From positions 416,001 through 480,000 of the forward strand of contig CAVRKK010000002.1 in the NCBI GenBank assembly GCA_963722385.1: DNA of 64,000 bases, in the 5' to 3' direction. The notes below the pieces were generated by a model. It made no database searches. It was not told where the DNA came from and was given only the letters and a program-made list of their open reading frames with translations. Below are positions 39,984 to 49,895 of this stretch, in pieces (within the stretch, counting starts at the first letter, position 1; every line of letters begins with the position of its first letter). The position numbers and the translations under genes are program-made. The DNA is from an uncultured bacterium (GTDB lineage Bacteria > Babelota > Babeliae > Babelales > Babelaceae).

Positions 39984-42275
39984 ATGATAAAAATCTTATT
40001 AGTTTTACTGAATTGCCTACTACCCTTTCTTGTAAGCTTAAAATTTTATGCTACCTGCACTGTGAAATCAGCTACTTCGTATGCTTTACCTTCTGGTTCT
40101 ACAGCTCCCGTTTCTTTAGCTTATTCACCAAATGGTTCATATCTTGCTACTGCGAACTCTAGCTCAAACAATGTAACAATATTTCAGGTAGGGCCAGGAA
40201 GCACTTTGAGTGGAATATCATATCCTTTACCCTCTGGTTCTACCCTTTGTGATGGAGGAATTTTTTCTTTTTCGGGAGCCTACTTTGCTACGGCTAATTA
40301 TGGCTCAAATAATGTAACTCTTTTTACCGTGGGATTGGATGGAAGCTTAAATTCTGGTAGTTCTACAAGTTTACCTTCTGGCTCTACTGCCACTGATAAT
40401 ATAGCGTTTTCACCTGATGATCAATATTTAGCTTCTTCTAATACAGATTCAAATAATGTAACAATATTTACGGTGGAAGCAGGAGGAACATTAAGTGCTG
40501 GTACTTCTTATCCCTTGCCATCTGGTTCTACATCCCCCTATCCAATAATTTTCACACCTTCTGGTACTTACCTAATTGTTGCTAATAGTGGTTCAAATGA
40601 TGTAACAGTATTTACGGTGGAAGCAGGAGGAACATTAAGTGCTGGCACTTCCTATCCTTTGCCATCTGGTTCTAGCGATCCTATTACCATGGTGTTATCA
40701 TCTGATGGTAATTATCTAGCTATTTCTAATCAAGGTTCAAGTGATGTAACGATATTTCAAGTAGAGGCAGGAGGAATATTAAGTGGTGGTGTTTCCTATC
40801 CCCTGCCTGCTGGTTCTACAGGTTGTGATGCCTTAGCATTCTCACCAGACGGTTCTTATCTTGTTACGTCCAACAACAGCTCAAATAATATTACTATATT
40901 CCAAGTAGGGACAGGAGGAGCGTTATCAGGAGCAATTTCATATGCATTACCAAGTGGATCTACAGGGCCTGCTTCAGTAGCATTTTCACCAAACGGCTTC
41001 TATTTTGCTACTGCTAACACGGGGTTATCGAATGATGTTACTGTTTTTAGCGTTCTCAATTGTTCTACAAGCTTAGCAGAACCGGCAACTTCTTATCTTT
41101 TACCAGCTGGATCACGTGAGCCGGATTCAGTAACTTTTTCAAGAGATGGATTACATCTAGCAACAGCCAACTATAACACGAGTGATGTAACGCTCTTTAA
41201 GGTAGACTCGATGGGTATACTCAACAATCAAACAACGTTTCCATTACCATCTGGCTCGCTATCCCCAACGAGTCTCGCTTTTTCGTTTAATACTCTATAC
41301 CTAGCAACCACTAATAGTAAATCCAATGATGTTACTCTCTTTAAAGTAGAAGAGGGACAATTGGTAGGAGATATTTCGTATGCCTTGCCTGCAAACTCTA
41401 CTCAGCCCACTTCGTTAAGTTTTGCACCTGATGATGCATATTTGGCAGTTGTAAATAGCGAATCGAACGATATAACCATGTTTAATGTAACAATGGAAGG
41501 GCTGACAAACGCCCTTTCTTATGCGTTACCGATAGGGTCTTTAATGCCAGTAGCTGTGGCCTTTTCCCCGGATGGTTCCTATCTTGCGACAGCAAACATC
41601 GGTTCAAATGATGTAGCACTTTTTAATATAACAAATGGAATGTTGAGCGCTACATCCATTCAGGCGCTTCCGACAACTTCTACGAAACCTCGTTCACTCG
41701 TTTTTATCTCTTCAAGTGGAAATTTATTTATTGCTACCGTTAATAGTGATTCAAACGATATAACAATCTTTCCTATTAAAGCTAAAGCAGGAATAGTAGA
41801 CGCAGGTACATCATATCCGCTACCTGTAGCAAATGTTAACCCTCTTTTTATCGCAGCATCAACTAATGGTGCATATCTTGCTACTGCTAATAGTGGGTCA
41901 AATACTATTACCGTGTTCACGGTTACAAATGGTGTTTTAGATCAGGGTACCTCTTATGCACTACCTGCTCAGTCAAGCACAGATGTGGCAATAGCGTTTT
42001 CGTCAGTGTCTTTAAGCAATGGCAATACTTTAGCCGCTACGGCTAACAGCGAATCAAACGACGTATCAGTTTTTTCGCTTATAAATACTTCGGGAGACGG
42101 TGGTAGCAGCCTACCCTTAGGCGTTATTATAGGAACTACGGTAGGAATTCCTGTAGGTTGTGCTACGCTAACAGCGATAGTTGCTATAGGATTTTTATTA
42201 TATAGGTACCTCCATACGTATAAAGGTAGAGCAAGCGTTAATTTTAGCGATAAAGAACCAGCAGATAATCTTTGA
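39984..42275 (+). CDS. Double beta-propeller (lactonase-like repeat) surface protein with C-terminal TM anchor
   Basis: About 14 repeats of ~46 aa, SY.LP.GS..P...AFSPDG.YLA.AN..SN.VT.F; signal peptide; TM near the C-terminus. Confidence 0.85.
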   Translation: MIKILLVLLNCLLPFLVSLKFYATCTVKSATSYALPSGSTAPVSLAYSPNGSYLATANSSSNNVTIFQVGPGSTLSGISYPLPSGSTLCDGGIFSFSGAYFATANYGSNNVTLFTVGLDGSLNSGSSTSLPSGSTATDNIAFSPDDQYLASSNTDSNNVTIFTVEAGGTLSAGTSYPLPSGSTSPYPIIFTPSGTYLIVANSGSNDVTVFTVEAGGTLSAGTSYPLPSGSSDPITMVLSSDGNYLAISNQGSSDVTIFQVEAGGILSGGVSYPLPAGSTGCDALAFSPDGSYLVTSNNSSNNITIFQVGTGGALSGAISYALPSGSTGPASVAFSPNGFYFATANTGLSNDVTVFSVLNCSTSLAEPATSYLLPAGSREPDSVTFSRDGLHLATANYNTSDVTLFKVDSMGILNNQTTFPLPSGSLSPTSLAFSFNTLYLATTNSKSNDVTLFKVEEGQLVGDISYALPANSTQPTSLSFAPDDAYLAVVNSESNDITMFNVTMEGLTNALSYALPIGSLMPVAVAFSPDGSYLATANIGSNDVALFNITNGMLSATSIQALPTTSTKPRSLVFISSSGNLFIATVNSDSNDITIFPIKAKAGIVDAGTSYPLPVANVNPLFIAASTNGAYLATANSGSNTITVFTVTNGVLDQGTSYALPAQSSTDVAIAFSSVSLSNGNTLAATANSESNDVSVFSLINTSGDGGSSLPLGVIIGTTVGIPVGCATLTAIVAIGFLLYRYLHTYKGRASVNFSDKEPADNL

Positions 42276-42459
42276 GTAAAGGAATTAGTCTTGCTATCTG
42301 TCCTTCACTTGTACAATCTCTAAAACCAATATTTACGGTCAAATACCAGCGCTTTTTATAAAGCAAAACAGGTTAGCAATCAACTAACCATTGCTTTTGA
42401 GCAGCATGCAGCTTATTATACTTAAAATAGGAACATACGCTTTATAAAAGGGCAGTAGT

Positions 42460-42666
42460 ATGACAAGCCATGAACTCCAAACGCAAAGAATTCGCGGTAT
42501 TCTTTTTGTTATCGGCGGCGGCCTTCTTTTACTTTATAGCCTCGGCTATATCCAAAAATTCGGTTCAACGGTATTGATGATTTTATCCCTTTGCTTGATA
42601 GTCGGTGGCTTCATAGAAGCCGGATTCTATCGCTTTTTTCTACCCACTAATAAGCCCGCTCAGTAA
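42460..42666 (+). CDS. Small two-TM membrane protein
   Basis: RGILFVIGGGLLLLYSLG; paralogous to the next gene. Confidence 0.75.
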   Translation: MTSHELQTQRIRGILFVIGGGLLLLYSLGYIQKFGSTVLMILSLCLIVGGFIEAGFYRFFLPTNKPAQ

Positions 42667-42750
42667 TTCCTATTGAAAAATATAGAATATCTTGTATGAC
42701 TTTGATTATACTATAAGAGTATATTTCATAATCAAGAAAGGAGATCATGT

Positions 42751-43014
42751 ATGCTCGATAACGGAAACAACGCGCGGACCTTGCGAGGGACGCTGATTAT
42801 GATTGCTGGTGGAGCTCTCTTGCTCCATACGCTTGATTTAATTCAGGCCGGCCTCTCTTTTGTACTCATTGTGGTGGCTGTTTCTGCCATTGTGTATGGT
42901 GCCTATATATCAGGACTCTATACTTTTGTGAGAAATTTTATAAGCAAGCGAGGCCATCTGAAGCCCACAATGACGCCCGAGCAATCAAAAGAACCGAGCG
43001 AAAAACAACATTAA
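42751..43014 (+). CDS. Small two-TM membrane protein
   Basis: RGTLIMIAGGALLLHTLD; AAGGAG RBS. Confidence 0.8.
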   Translation: MLDNGNNARTLRGTLIMIAGGALLLHTLDLIQAGLSFVLIVVAVSAIVYGAYISGLYTFVRNFISKRGHLKPTMTPEQSKEPSEKQH

Positions 43015-43020
43015 TAATCA

Positions 43021-46000
43021 TCAGAAGGGCGGCGCCTGTTGAGAATTTGTTTCTTGCTGATTAAGCTTAATAATACGAGTGGGCACCGCAACTCGAATAC
43101 CCGCTTGGCGCAGTGCGCGCACGATTTCTAAGCGTACCACCGATGCGATTTCCCACTGTTCGAGCACCTTGTCACCTGTCAAGTAAGCACGAATCATGAA
43201 CTGGAAGCCATTATCCACAAAGTCCCACAAAAACACCAACGGCACCGGTGTCTTAAGAACATTGATATTGGCATCTAACACTTTCGTAATAAGTGCCCGG
43301 ACTTGGTCAGGGTCTGCTCCATAAGGAACCGTCAGCATAATATCGTTAAGCGCAAAGAACGTTGGCGAATAACTCCAGTTGATCACTGGCCGCGTAATAA
43401 TCTGGGCATTCGGCACAATAATAGTAACACTGTTTTTTCTGCGTAAAACAACTGAGCGTGGCGTAATATGGCGGACAACCCCCGTCGTATTTTCGTCCAA
43501 CATAATTAAGTCGCCAATCTTGATAGGGCGCTGCACCAAAATAATAAAATAGGAGAAGAAATCAAGCAAGGGATCCTTTACGGCAAATCCCAATGCACCC
43601 AGCAACAATACAAACTGCGAAGCAAATGATTGAAGGCCTACCGATTTAAAGCCTACCAGAAGTGCTATAAAGATGACGGCGTAACGCGTAAAGGTGAATA
43701 CGGTATTCTGAATGCCTGAGCTTACCAAAAGTGGATCAAATATACGGCGCAGCAAAATATTATTAACGATATAGGCGATGACCAAGCCTGTTATGAAAAA
43801 GAGAATGACCCTTAAGAAGGCAAGAGGCGTCACCGATAACCGGCGTCCCATTTCATCAGCTCCAGGACTGTAGAGTTCATAATGTAGCCAACCCAAGATA
43901 TCGCCGATACCAAAGGCATAGCCAAGAACTTTGGCTCCCAAAATGATACCGAGCAGGGTAAACGCACAGAATATGGCAACGACAAAAAAGCCATACCACG
44001 TTCTTGCGGCATTAAAGCGTTCCAATACTTTTTCACCATCACCATAATAAAAGAAAAGATCGGCCGAAACGCGCCTAATGCGCGTATAGATATACGATAG
44101 CACGGGGATAAGCAGGGCGATAATAATGAGGCGTGAAAGAACGAACAAGACCTGCTTGCCATAGCCCACGTAGGGATTGGCCATAACAATAATAGTAATA
44201 AGCAAGAGCCATAAGAAATAGTAATAGTGACTAACGTGATCGTATACCCACTCCCATAAAGGGGTAGTACGAGGAATAAGGCTTAAAATCCACTCTTTGC
44301 TAATCAGGCTCATAAGAGCAAGCTGCAGTGCGATATAATTAATTGCCAATAAGATGGCAGGCACCGCCGATGCATGATAGTTGCCCGTGATAAACGCTTG
44401 CCTGAAAAAGAAGAGCATAATCGTGATATAAACAAATGGGGGAATAACCAATAAAAAGCGCGACTTGTAAGAGTCGCTCACAAAGGGTTGGTTGAGGCGA
44501 TCGTTGGCAACCATCAACTCGGCCAAGAAGCGGTATGCGATATAAAGCATGTAGGGAATAGAGGCTAAATAAAAAAGCGCCGCAAGATAGACGTTGGTAA
44601 TAACTTCGTAATAAACCAACGCATACAGAATAAACCACAGATATATGCTTATGAGATGCTCATTTACAAAACCACCTATAAACGAGCCAAGCAAGCGTAC
44701 GCTCGACCGCATAAAATAGCCGCCTGGGGCACGCGCCAAGTAATCTCTCAGCTCGGGCAAGTAAATACGAAGTATCCAAAATACAAGCAGCGCAATCAAT
44801 ATTCTTAGTACCAACAACAAGAGCAGAGAAGGGTGCTGGTATTTGGCCATCCACTGGTACAACGGGATAAGACTCATGGTGCGCCAGTACGTCACCAGCC
44901 CCGTCCAGATATCTTCAATAAACCGCTTGATATCGGGGAAAAAGTTCGTGAGTTCCGGCCAGGTAATTGACAAGGATGATCGGCGCCAAAAACTCTTCGT
45001 TCCCACTTCTAAGATAACATTATCAATACGCTTAATTGTATCCTCGAGAACCGCAATGCTGGTCGAATAAACTTCGATTAATTTTGCGGTTAAATACATC
45101 CTACGCCTAATTTGCTCTTCGGCGTCATGCATGCGTTGTACGCATGTCGCATATTGCTCGCCATGATCTTTAAAGTCTTCCTGAATATTTTTGAGGGAAT
45201 CGGAAAGCTTTTTAATGCGATCCAGCATGGTATTGAGTTCTTGAAGAAGCGACAGCGCGCGGGTACGCTTTTCAGTCAGGAGCGCAAGATCGCTTTGAAT
45301 TTCGGCTTTTGGCGTCTCGTATGACTTAACCTGCTGCTCGAGAACGTTCGCGCTAAATCCCAACCGACGCGTCGTTAACGTATGCCAAGAGCGAATAATA
45401 GATGTTTGGATTTCCTCCTGGCGTAATTTTGCTTTTTCAAGCTCTATTTTTGCTTCTTTATTTTCACGCTCTACATCAACAACAGCTTCTTCCAGGCCTG
45501 TATACCCAAGGGTGCAGAGAGCAGTCCATTCCTGCATCGAGCGGGGCGTCTTTTCCCAATCGCTCACGGCGGTAAACTCAGGCGCTGCTAACCCAAGCTT
45601 TTCAGCAGTTTCAGCAGCTTTTTTGCGTATCTCGCTTTTCGTAAAGTCGATGGCTCGAATTTCTCCTGTGAGCTGCTCTCGAACCGATGCTGCCTCATTA
45701 CGCTTGCGCTCCAGTTCAGCTTCGGCCTTGCGCACCGACGCATCATCGACGTAGAGAGAACGCTTAATAGTATCATAAGAAGCTCTTATTTTTGCTAGTT
45801 GAGCGCGAACAATCATTATGTTGGTATCAAGAAATCCTATACGTTGCTCAGCCTCTTTTACTTTAGCTTCTGCTAAAATTTTTTTATCGGCGATCAGGCG
45901 CTTCTGCAAGTCAATCAACTCGCCTTGTTGCTCGTGACTCATGCCACCAAGCGATTGAGCACGAACAAACTCTTCTTGCTGTCGTGTTTTTTCTTGGTAA

Positions 46001-46548
46001 TCCTCTTCAAGCATGGCGCGTGCGCGCTTGCGCTTATGAGCATCATCGTAGGCCGCAATTCTACTTTTTTCAAGATCAGCTAAGCGGGTTTTTATCGAGA
46101 GCAAGCGCCTGCCAAACTCCTCAAATTCGTCAAAGCTATAAAAAGCTTTAACCTGTATACTGAGCTTGGAGAAATCAGGGTCGCTTTTGTATTCATAAAG
46201 CTGCTTAAGGTGCTCCTCAAGCAAGATATTATATTGTTGGCGCGCATGCTCGATTTCACTTAAAATCTGATAATCCTGCGTAATGAGCGATATTTTTTTA
46301 TTTAAAAATTCATGCTCAGTCCCTGTTGTTTGAGCAAGCTGGGCCCTCAATACTTTGAGCTCAGCACTCCGAGCCGCGAGCTCGGCAGCCTCTGACGGTA
46401 TTCTGCCAGATTCAGCCTTTTCTCGTTCAAGAGCTGCCAGCTGCTTTTCGATAGAATTGATCGACAAAAGCTGGGCTTGCGGCTGAATACCCACTAAACC
46501 CTTAAAGGCGCATAACATTATTACAAGGATACATCTGGTAAAATTCAT
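43021..46548 (-). CDS. Large MscS-family (MscK-like) mechanosensitive channel
   Basis: Long periplasmic coiled coil, multiple TMs, RPIKIGD, IIVPN, INWS, VPYGAD. Confidence 0.9.
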   Translation of the reverse strand: MNFTRCILVIMLCAFKGLVGIQPQAQLLSINSIEKQLAALEREKAESGRIPSEAAELAARSAELKVLRAQLAQTTGTEHEFLNKKISLITQDYQILSEIEHARQQYNILLEEHLKQLYEYKSDPDFSKLSIQVKAFYSFDEFEEFGRRLLSIKTRLADLEKSRIAAYDDAHKRKRARAMLEEDYQEKTRQQEEFVRAQSLGGMSHEQQGELIDLQKRLIADKKILAEAKVKEAEQRIGFLDTNIMIVRAQLAKIRASYDTIKRSLYVDDASVRKAEAELERKRNEAASVREQLTGEIRAIDFTKSEIRKKAAETAEKLGLAAPEFTAVSDWEKTPRSMQEWTALCTLGYTGLEEAVVDVERENKEAKIELEKAKLRQEEIQTSIIRSWHTLTTRRLGFSANVLEQQVKSYETPKAEIQSDLALLTEKRTRALSLLQELNTMLDRIKKLSDSLKNIQEDFKDHGEQYATCVQRMHDAEEQIRRRMYLTAKLIEVYSTSIAVLEDTIKRIDNVILEVGTKSFWRRSSLSITWPELTNFFPDIKRFIEDIWTGLVTYWRTMSLIPLYQWMAKYQHPSLLLLLVLRILIALLVFWILRIYLPELRDYLARAPGGYFMRSSVRLLGSFIGGFVNEHLISIYLWFILYALVYYEVITNVYLAALFYLASIPYMLYIAYRFLAELMVANDRLNQPFVSDSYKSRFLLVIPPFVYITIMLFFFRQAFITGNYHASAVPAILLAINYIALQLALMSLISKEWILSLIPRTTPLWEWVYDHVSHYYYFLWLLLITIIVMANPYVGYGKQVLFVLSRLIIIALLIPVLSYIYTRIRRVSADLFFYYGDGEKVLERFNAARTWYGFFVVAIFCAFTLLGIILGAKVLGYAFGIGDILGWLHYELYSPGADEMGRRLSVTPLAFLRVILFFITGLVIAYIVNNILLRRIFDPLLVSSGIQNTVFTFTRYAVIFIALLVGFKSVGLQSFASQFVLLLGALGFAVKDPLLDFFSYFIILVQRPIKIGDLIMLDENTTGVVRHITPRSVVLRRKNSVTIIVPNAQIITRPVINWSYSPTFFALNDIMLTVPYGADPDQVRALITKVLDANINVLKTPVPLVFLWDFVDNGFQFMIRAYLTGDKVLEQWEIASVVRLEIVRALRQAGIRVAVPTRIIKLNQQETNSQQAPPF

Positions 46549-47156
46549 AAGATAACATCCGAATGCTTGGCAAAGGAAAACGTTTTTAAGCGAGCATTGT
46601 TGTTCAGGGAAGCGAGCGTATCAGCAAGCCACTGAGTAAGCTTGCCCTCACACTCAGCATTCATATGTATATCAAGCACACTGGTATCACTGCGAGAGAT
46701 GAGATTAAATAAGCGGGCGTCATATGCTTCTTCGCATGGATACAGGCCCAATATAAATAACATTTTACAAAGAAAAATAGTTTTAAAAAGTGATGCATTT
46801 ACGGGAGCTTTTAAAGCAGTATACAAAGGAGAAAAGAGCCGAAAGAATGTTTCTGGCTCATGCCCATAGGGTACATAAGAAGCGCAAACCTCGAGCACAC
46901 GATGGAGAAATAATATGTCTTCACTGACCCATCCAACGGGCAAGGCGAGCGGCTCAACATGATTAATAACAAACATATCACGCCAATTTTCAAGGTCATA
47001 TTGAACAAACATGCCGTGGGCGACCTGAGCAAGCTGTTCACGCTTTTCTGGCACACACATAATCTTACCTCGTACATGATCAAGCATCAGCACCCTACGC
47101 TTGGGCAACCAAGCGCGAAGAATGATGCCCTGTGAAGATTGCAAAACGTTACGCAT
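46545..47156 (-). CDS. recO: RecO-like DNA repair protein
   Basis: QGIILR...LDHVRGKI OB-fold N-terminus; KMLFILGLYP; divergent. Confidence 0.6.
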   Translation of the reverse strand: MRNVLQSSQGIILRAWLPKRRVLMLDHVRGKIMCVPEKREQLAQVAHGMFVQYDLENWRDMFVINHVEPLALPVGWVSEDILFLHRVLEVCASYVPYGHEPETFFRLFSPLYTALKAPVNASLFKTIFLCKMLFILGLYPCEEAYDARLFNLISRSDTSVLDIHMNAECEGKLTQWLADTLASLNNNARLKTFSFAKHSDVIL

Positions 47157-47343
47157 GGTTGTATAAGCAAAAAACCCTAGACTACATCACAGTTTATAAC
47201 TTTAGCAAATTTTTTCGAAAATGGCTATTACCTTAAATTCGCCACTTTTCTGTGGACAGCCCAAAAAAACATTGCTCATGCTCAAATTTCAGAAAGCTCC
47301 CCAATGGTTGCACATTTGTCGAGCGTATGGGGATGAATATCGC

Positions 47344-47801
47344 CTATGTGGCCGACTTCGCCAAGGCTACGATGGGAACGCTTACGCAGCGGGCGCGCCT
47401 GTGCGGCGTGCAGCAGGGCGGCGGCCCTGCCCCGTTGCCTAATTTATTTTTCTCTACATGCCTGTCTTTTATTTTTCCATGCTATAACCATGCGTGGCGC
47501 ATGCTTATAGCTATCGCAATTCTCCTAACGGAGAATAGAAAATATGGGTTTTTTATCATGAAGCGCAGCGTACATGATAATGGCGTAAGTTATCGTCTGC
47601 TTTTGCAGACGATAACTACTCACCAAGCTTATAAGCACGTCGCATCGGGATCCCAAAGGACATATCGATGCGGAGTAGCGCAACGCTTGTCCGTAGCAGC
47701 TTTTTGTAAAAAAAACGATCAGCGGAGGCGGGACCCCCTTTGGCGCTAGCCGCCACAGCCCTGCGAAGCGTTTGCGCGAAGAAGAGGCAGGCGATTCAAT
47801 T
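47344..47801 (-). repeat. Dispersed structured element, copy D (full length, inverted)
   Basis: Reverse complement matches copy C module by module. Confidence 0.9.
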
Positions 47802-47964
47802 TGCTGCTTAACGCTTCCCTGCTATTTCGCTTATCGCTTCATTAATTTTGTTGAAAAGAGCACGCCATAAGATTACTATTAAGAGTAATAGAGTCCCCTT
47901 TACCGCATGCTTAAGCGTTTTTGCAATTCTGGCCATGGTGCTTTTGCAAAGGCTGGCGAAGTGC

Positions 47965-49179
47965 ATGAGCTACGAGACAATTTGTATTATGAATAGAGAG
48001 CAACCGAATCTTAGCTTATCGCCCGCGCTTACCATCAATGTACCTACAGACATATCGGCGCGTGCGTGGTGCCAAATAAGCGCCTCAGCTTTTGCTCACA
48101 ATATTACCGTTATCAAGCAAGCGCTTGGTCAGAACGCACTGGCTATGGTTATTAAATCTAATGCCTATGGGCATGGCTTAGAGCTTATGGCAACCTTGGC
48201 AAACAGCAACCCATCAATCGCAATGCTGTGCACAACATCTTTGGCCGAAGCAGAGCAATTAATAACCTATGGTGTCAACAAGCCGATTTTGGCGCTCTAT
48301 GATCCATTTTTCTCATTATCGAGCCTGCAACATAGTAATGTGCGTCTAGGAGTCTATAGCTACGCAATGCTCGATAAAGTTGCTCACGCAGCTCGACTTT
48401 TAGGCAAAAAGATACCAATACACCTCAAGATCGATACGGGTATGACGCGCTATGGCATTTCGGCCGAAAGCATTCATCACTTTCTAGCTCATGCTGCCAA
48501 GCTGCCTATCATCCTTGAGGGCCTCTTTACCCACCTCGCCGACAAGAGCACTGACGATGACACCATTTCTTGCAAGCAACTTGAGCTTTTTGAGAAAGTT
48601 GTTCGCACATTTAAATCGCACGGCTACGAGATCCCCTTTGTTCATGCGCTTTCTTCTGGCGCCTTACATATGGGCGCAGATTATCCCTTTTTGACCATGG
48701 CGCGCGTTGGAAGTCACTGTTACGGGTTAGTCTATGACGAGCTCGACAATAAGCGTATGTATCACCAGAACCCCTCATGGCGACTTAAGCCACTCCTTGC
48801 CTGGAAGGCGAAGCTCGCCGGCATAAAAAAAGTCCCCGCTGGCGCAGCCATTAGTTATAATAGAACCTATATTGCACAAGCACCCATGACCATCGGTATG
48901 CTGCCCATCGGTTACGCCGACGGACTACCACGGTCGCTGAGCAACAAAAGCTTCGTTATCATTAACCACAAAAAGGCTCCTCTTGTTGGGCTGATCAGCA
49001 TGAACCTCGCAAGCATCGATCTCACCCATATCCCCGAAGCTTCACTCAATGATGAAGTTCTCGTCATGGGACCGCATACTGGCATCACCGCGCATGATAG
49101 GGCACAACAATGCTCAACGCTTCCCATCGATATAACGACAGCAATTAATCCCGCCTTATTGCGCACCTTAGCCGATTAA
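47965..49179 (+). CDS. alr: Alanine racemase
   Basis: IKSNAYGHG (PLP lysine), HLKIDTGMTR, ISYN, IGYADG. Start uncertain (47965 or 47989). Confidence 0.93.
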   Translation: MSYETICIMNREQPNLSLSPALTINVPTDISARAWCQISASAFAHNITVIKQALGQNALAMVIKSNAYGHGLELMATLANSNPSIAMLCTTSLAEAEQLITYGVNKPILALYDPFFSLSSLQHSNVRLGVYSYAMLDKVAHAARLLGKKIPIHLKIDTGMTRYGISAESIHHFLAHAAKLPIILEGLFTHLADKSTDDDTISCKQLELFEKVVRTFKSHGYEIPFVHALSSGALHMGADYPFLTMARVGSHCYGLVYDELDNKRMYHQNPSWRLKPLLAWKAKLAGIKKVPAGAAISYNRTYIAQAPMTIGMLPIGYADGLPRSLSNKSFVIINHKKAPLVGLISMNLASIDLTHIPEASLNDEVLVMGPHTGITAHDRAQQCSTLPIDITTAINPALLRTLAD

Positions 49180-49196
49180 GCAAAAATAAGTCAGAA

Positions 49197-49883
49197 TTAT
49201 TTCTTCTCTTTTTGATGGTACTGTTCGATCAGAGAAGCATGGTCTACTGTTTTCTTAAGCCAGGTATACCATATATCCAGCATTTCATCATCACTCATAC
49301 GCCATGGCAAGGAGGATGCATGCAACCGTGTCACAACATCATAGAGACAAATAGCAACGCTGGCCGCTACATTAAAGCTCTGGGTTAATCCGTACATAGG
49401 AATGGCCACATAGGCGTCCGCGTTATTTTGCGCATAGCCGCTAATCCCATTACTTTCTGATCCGAAAACAAGCGCTATTTTTTTGTCGAGAGAAAGCTGC
49501 CCGATAAACTGCCCTTGCGCATGGGGCATGGTGGCAACTATCTGATAGCCCTTAGCCTTCAGGGCATCAAAGCACCGCTGGGTTGCCTCCCCTTCTATGC
49601 CACGAAAGCGCGTGATCGTTAGCCACTGGTCTGAACCCTTCGTGACGCTGCGCCTGACCCGGTTGGGATCAGCAAAAGAGTCTACAATATAGGCATCCTG
49701 CACCCCAAAACACTCGATCGAGCGCAGTGCAGCACTCATATTAAGCTCTTGATGAATATTTTCAAGCACAACGGTCACATAGCGCGTGCGATCACGCGCA
49801 ATACGTTGGAGCTTTTCCCACTTTTCAGCCGTTACGTACCGCGACAACGAGCATATAAGTTCACGTTTTTCGTTAATGTCCAT
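49197..49883 (-). CDS. trmH: TrmH/SpoU-family RNA methyltransferase
   Basis: N.SAALRS.ECFG, FGSE..GIS, IPMYG..QSFNV. Confidence 0.9.
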   Translation of the reverse strand: MDINEKRELICSLSRYVTAEKWEKLQRIARDRTRYVTVVLENIHQELNMSAALRSIECFGVQDAYIVDSFADPNRVRRSVTKGSDQWLTITRFRGIEGEATQRCFDALKAKGYQIVATMPHAQGQFIGQLSLDKKIALVFGSESNGISGYAQNNADAYVAIPMYGLTQSFNVAASVAICLYDVVTRLHASSLPWRMSDDEMLDIWYTWLKKTVDHASLIEQYHQKEKK

Positions 49884-49895
49884 AAAACCTAATAA

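Noticed and set aside
47221..47749. ORFs inside the dispersed repeat (also 32691-32903, 57124-57587 and the 5' part of 23145-23573)
   Set aside because: The shared peptides (RTITYAII, RQENCVC.NHAPRMVMA) arise from the DNA repeat. Frames and strands are inconsistent between copies.
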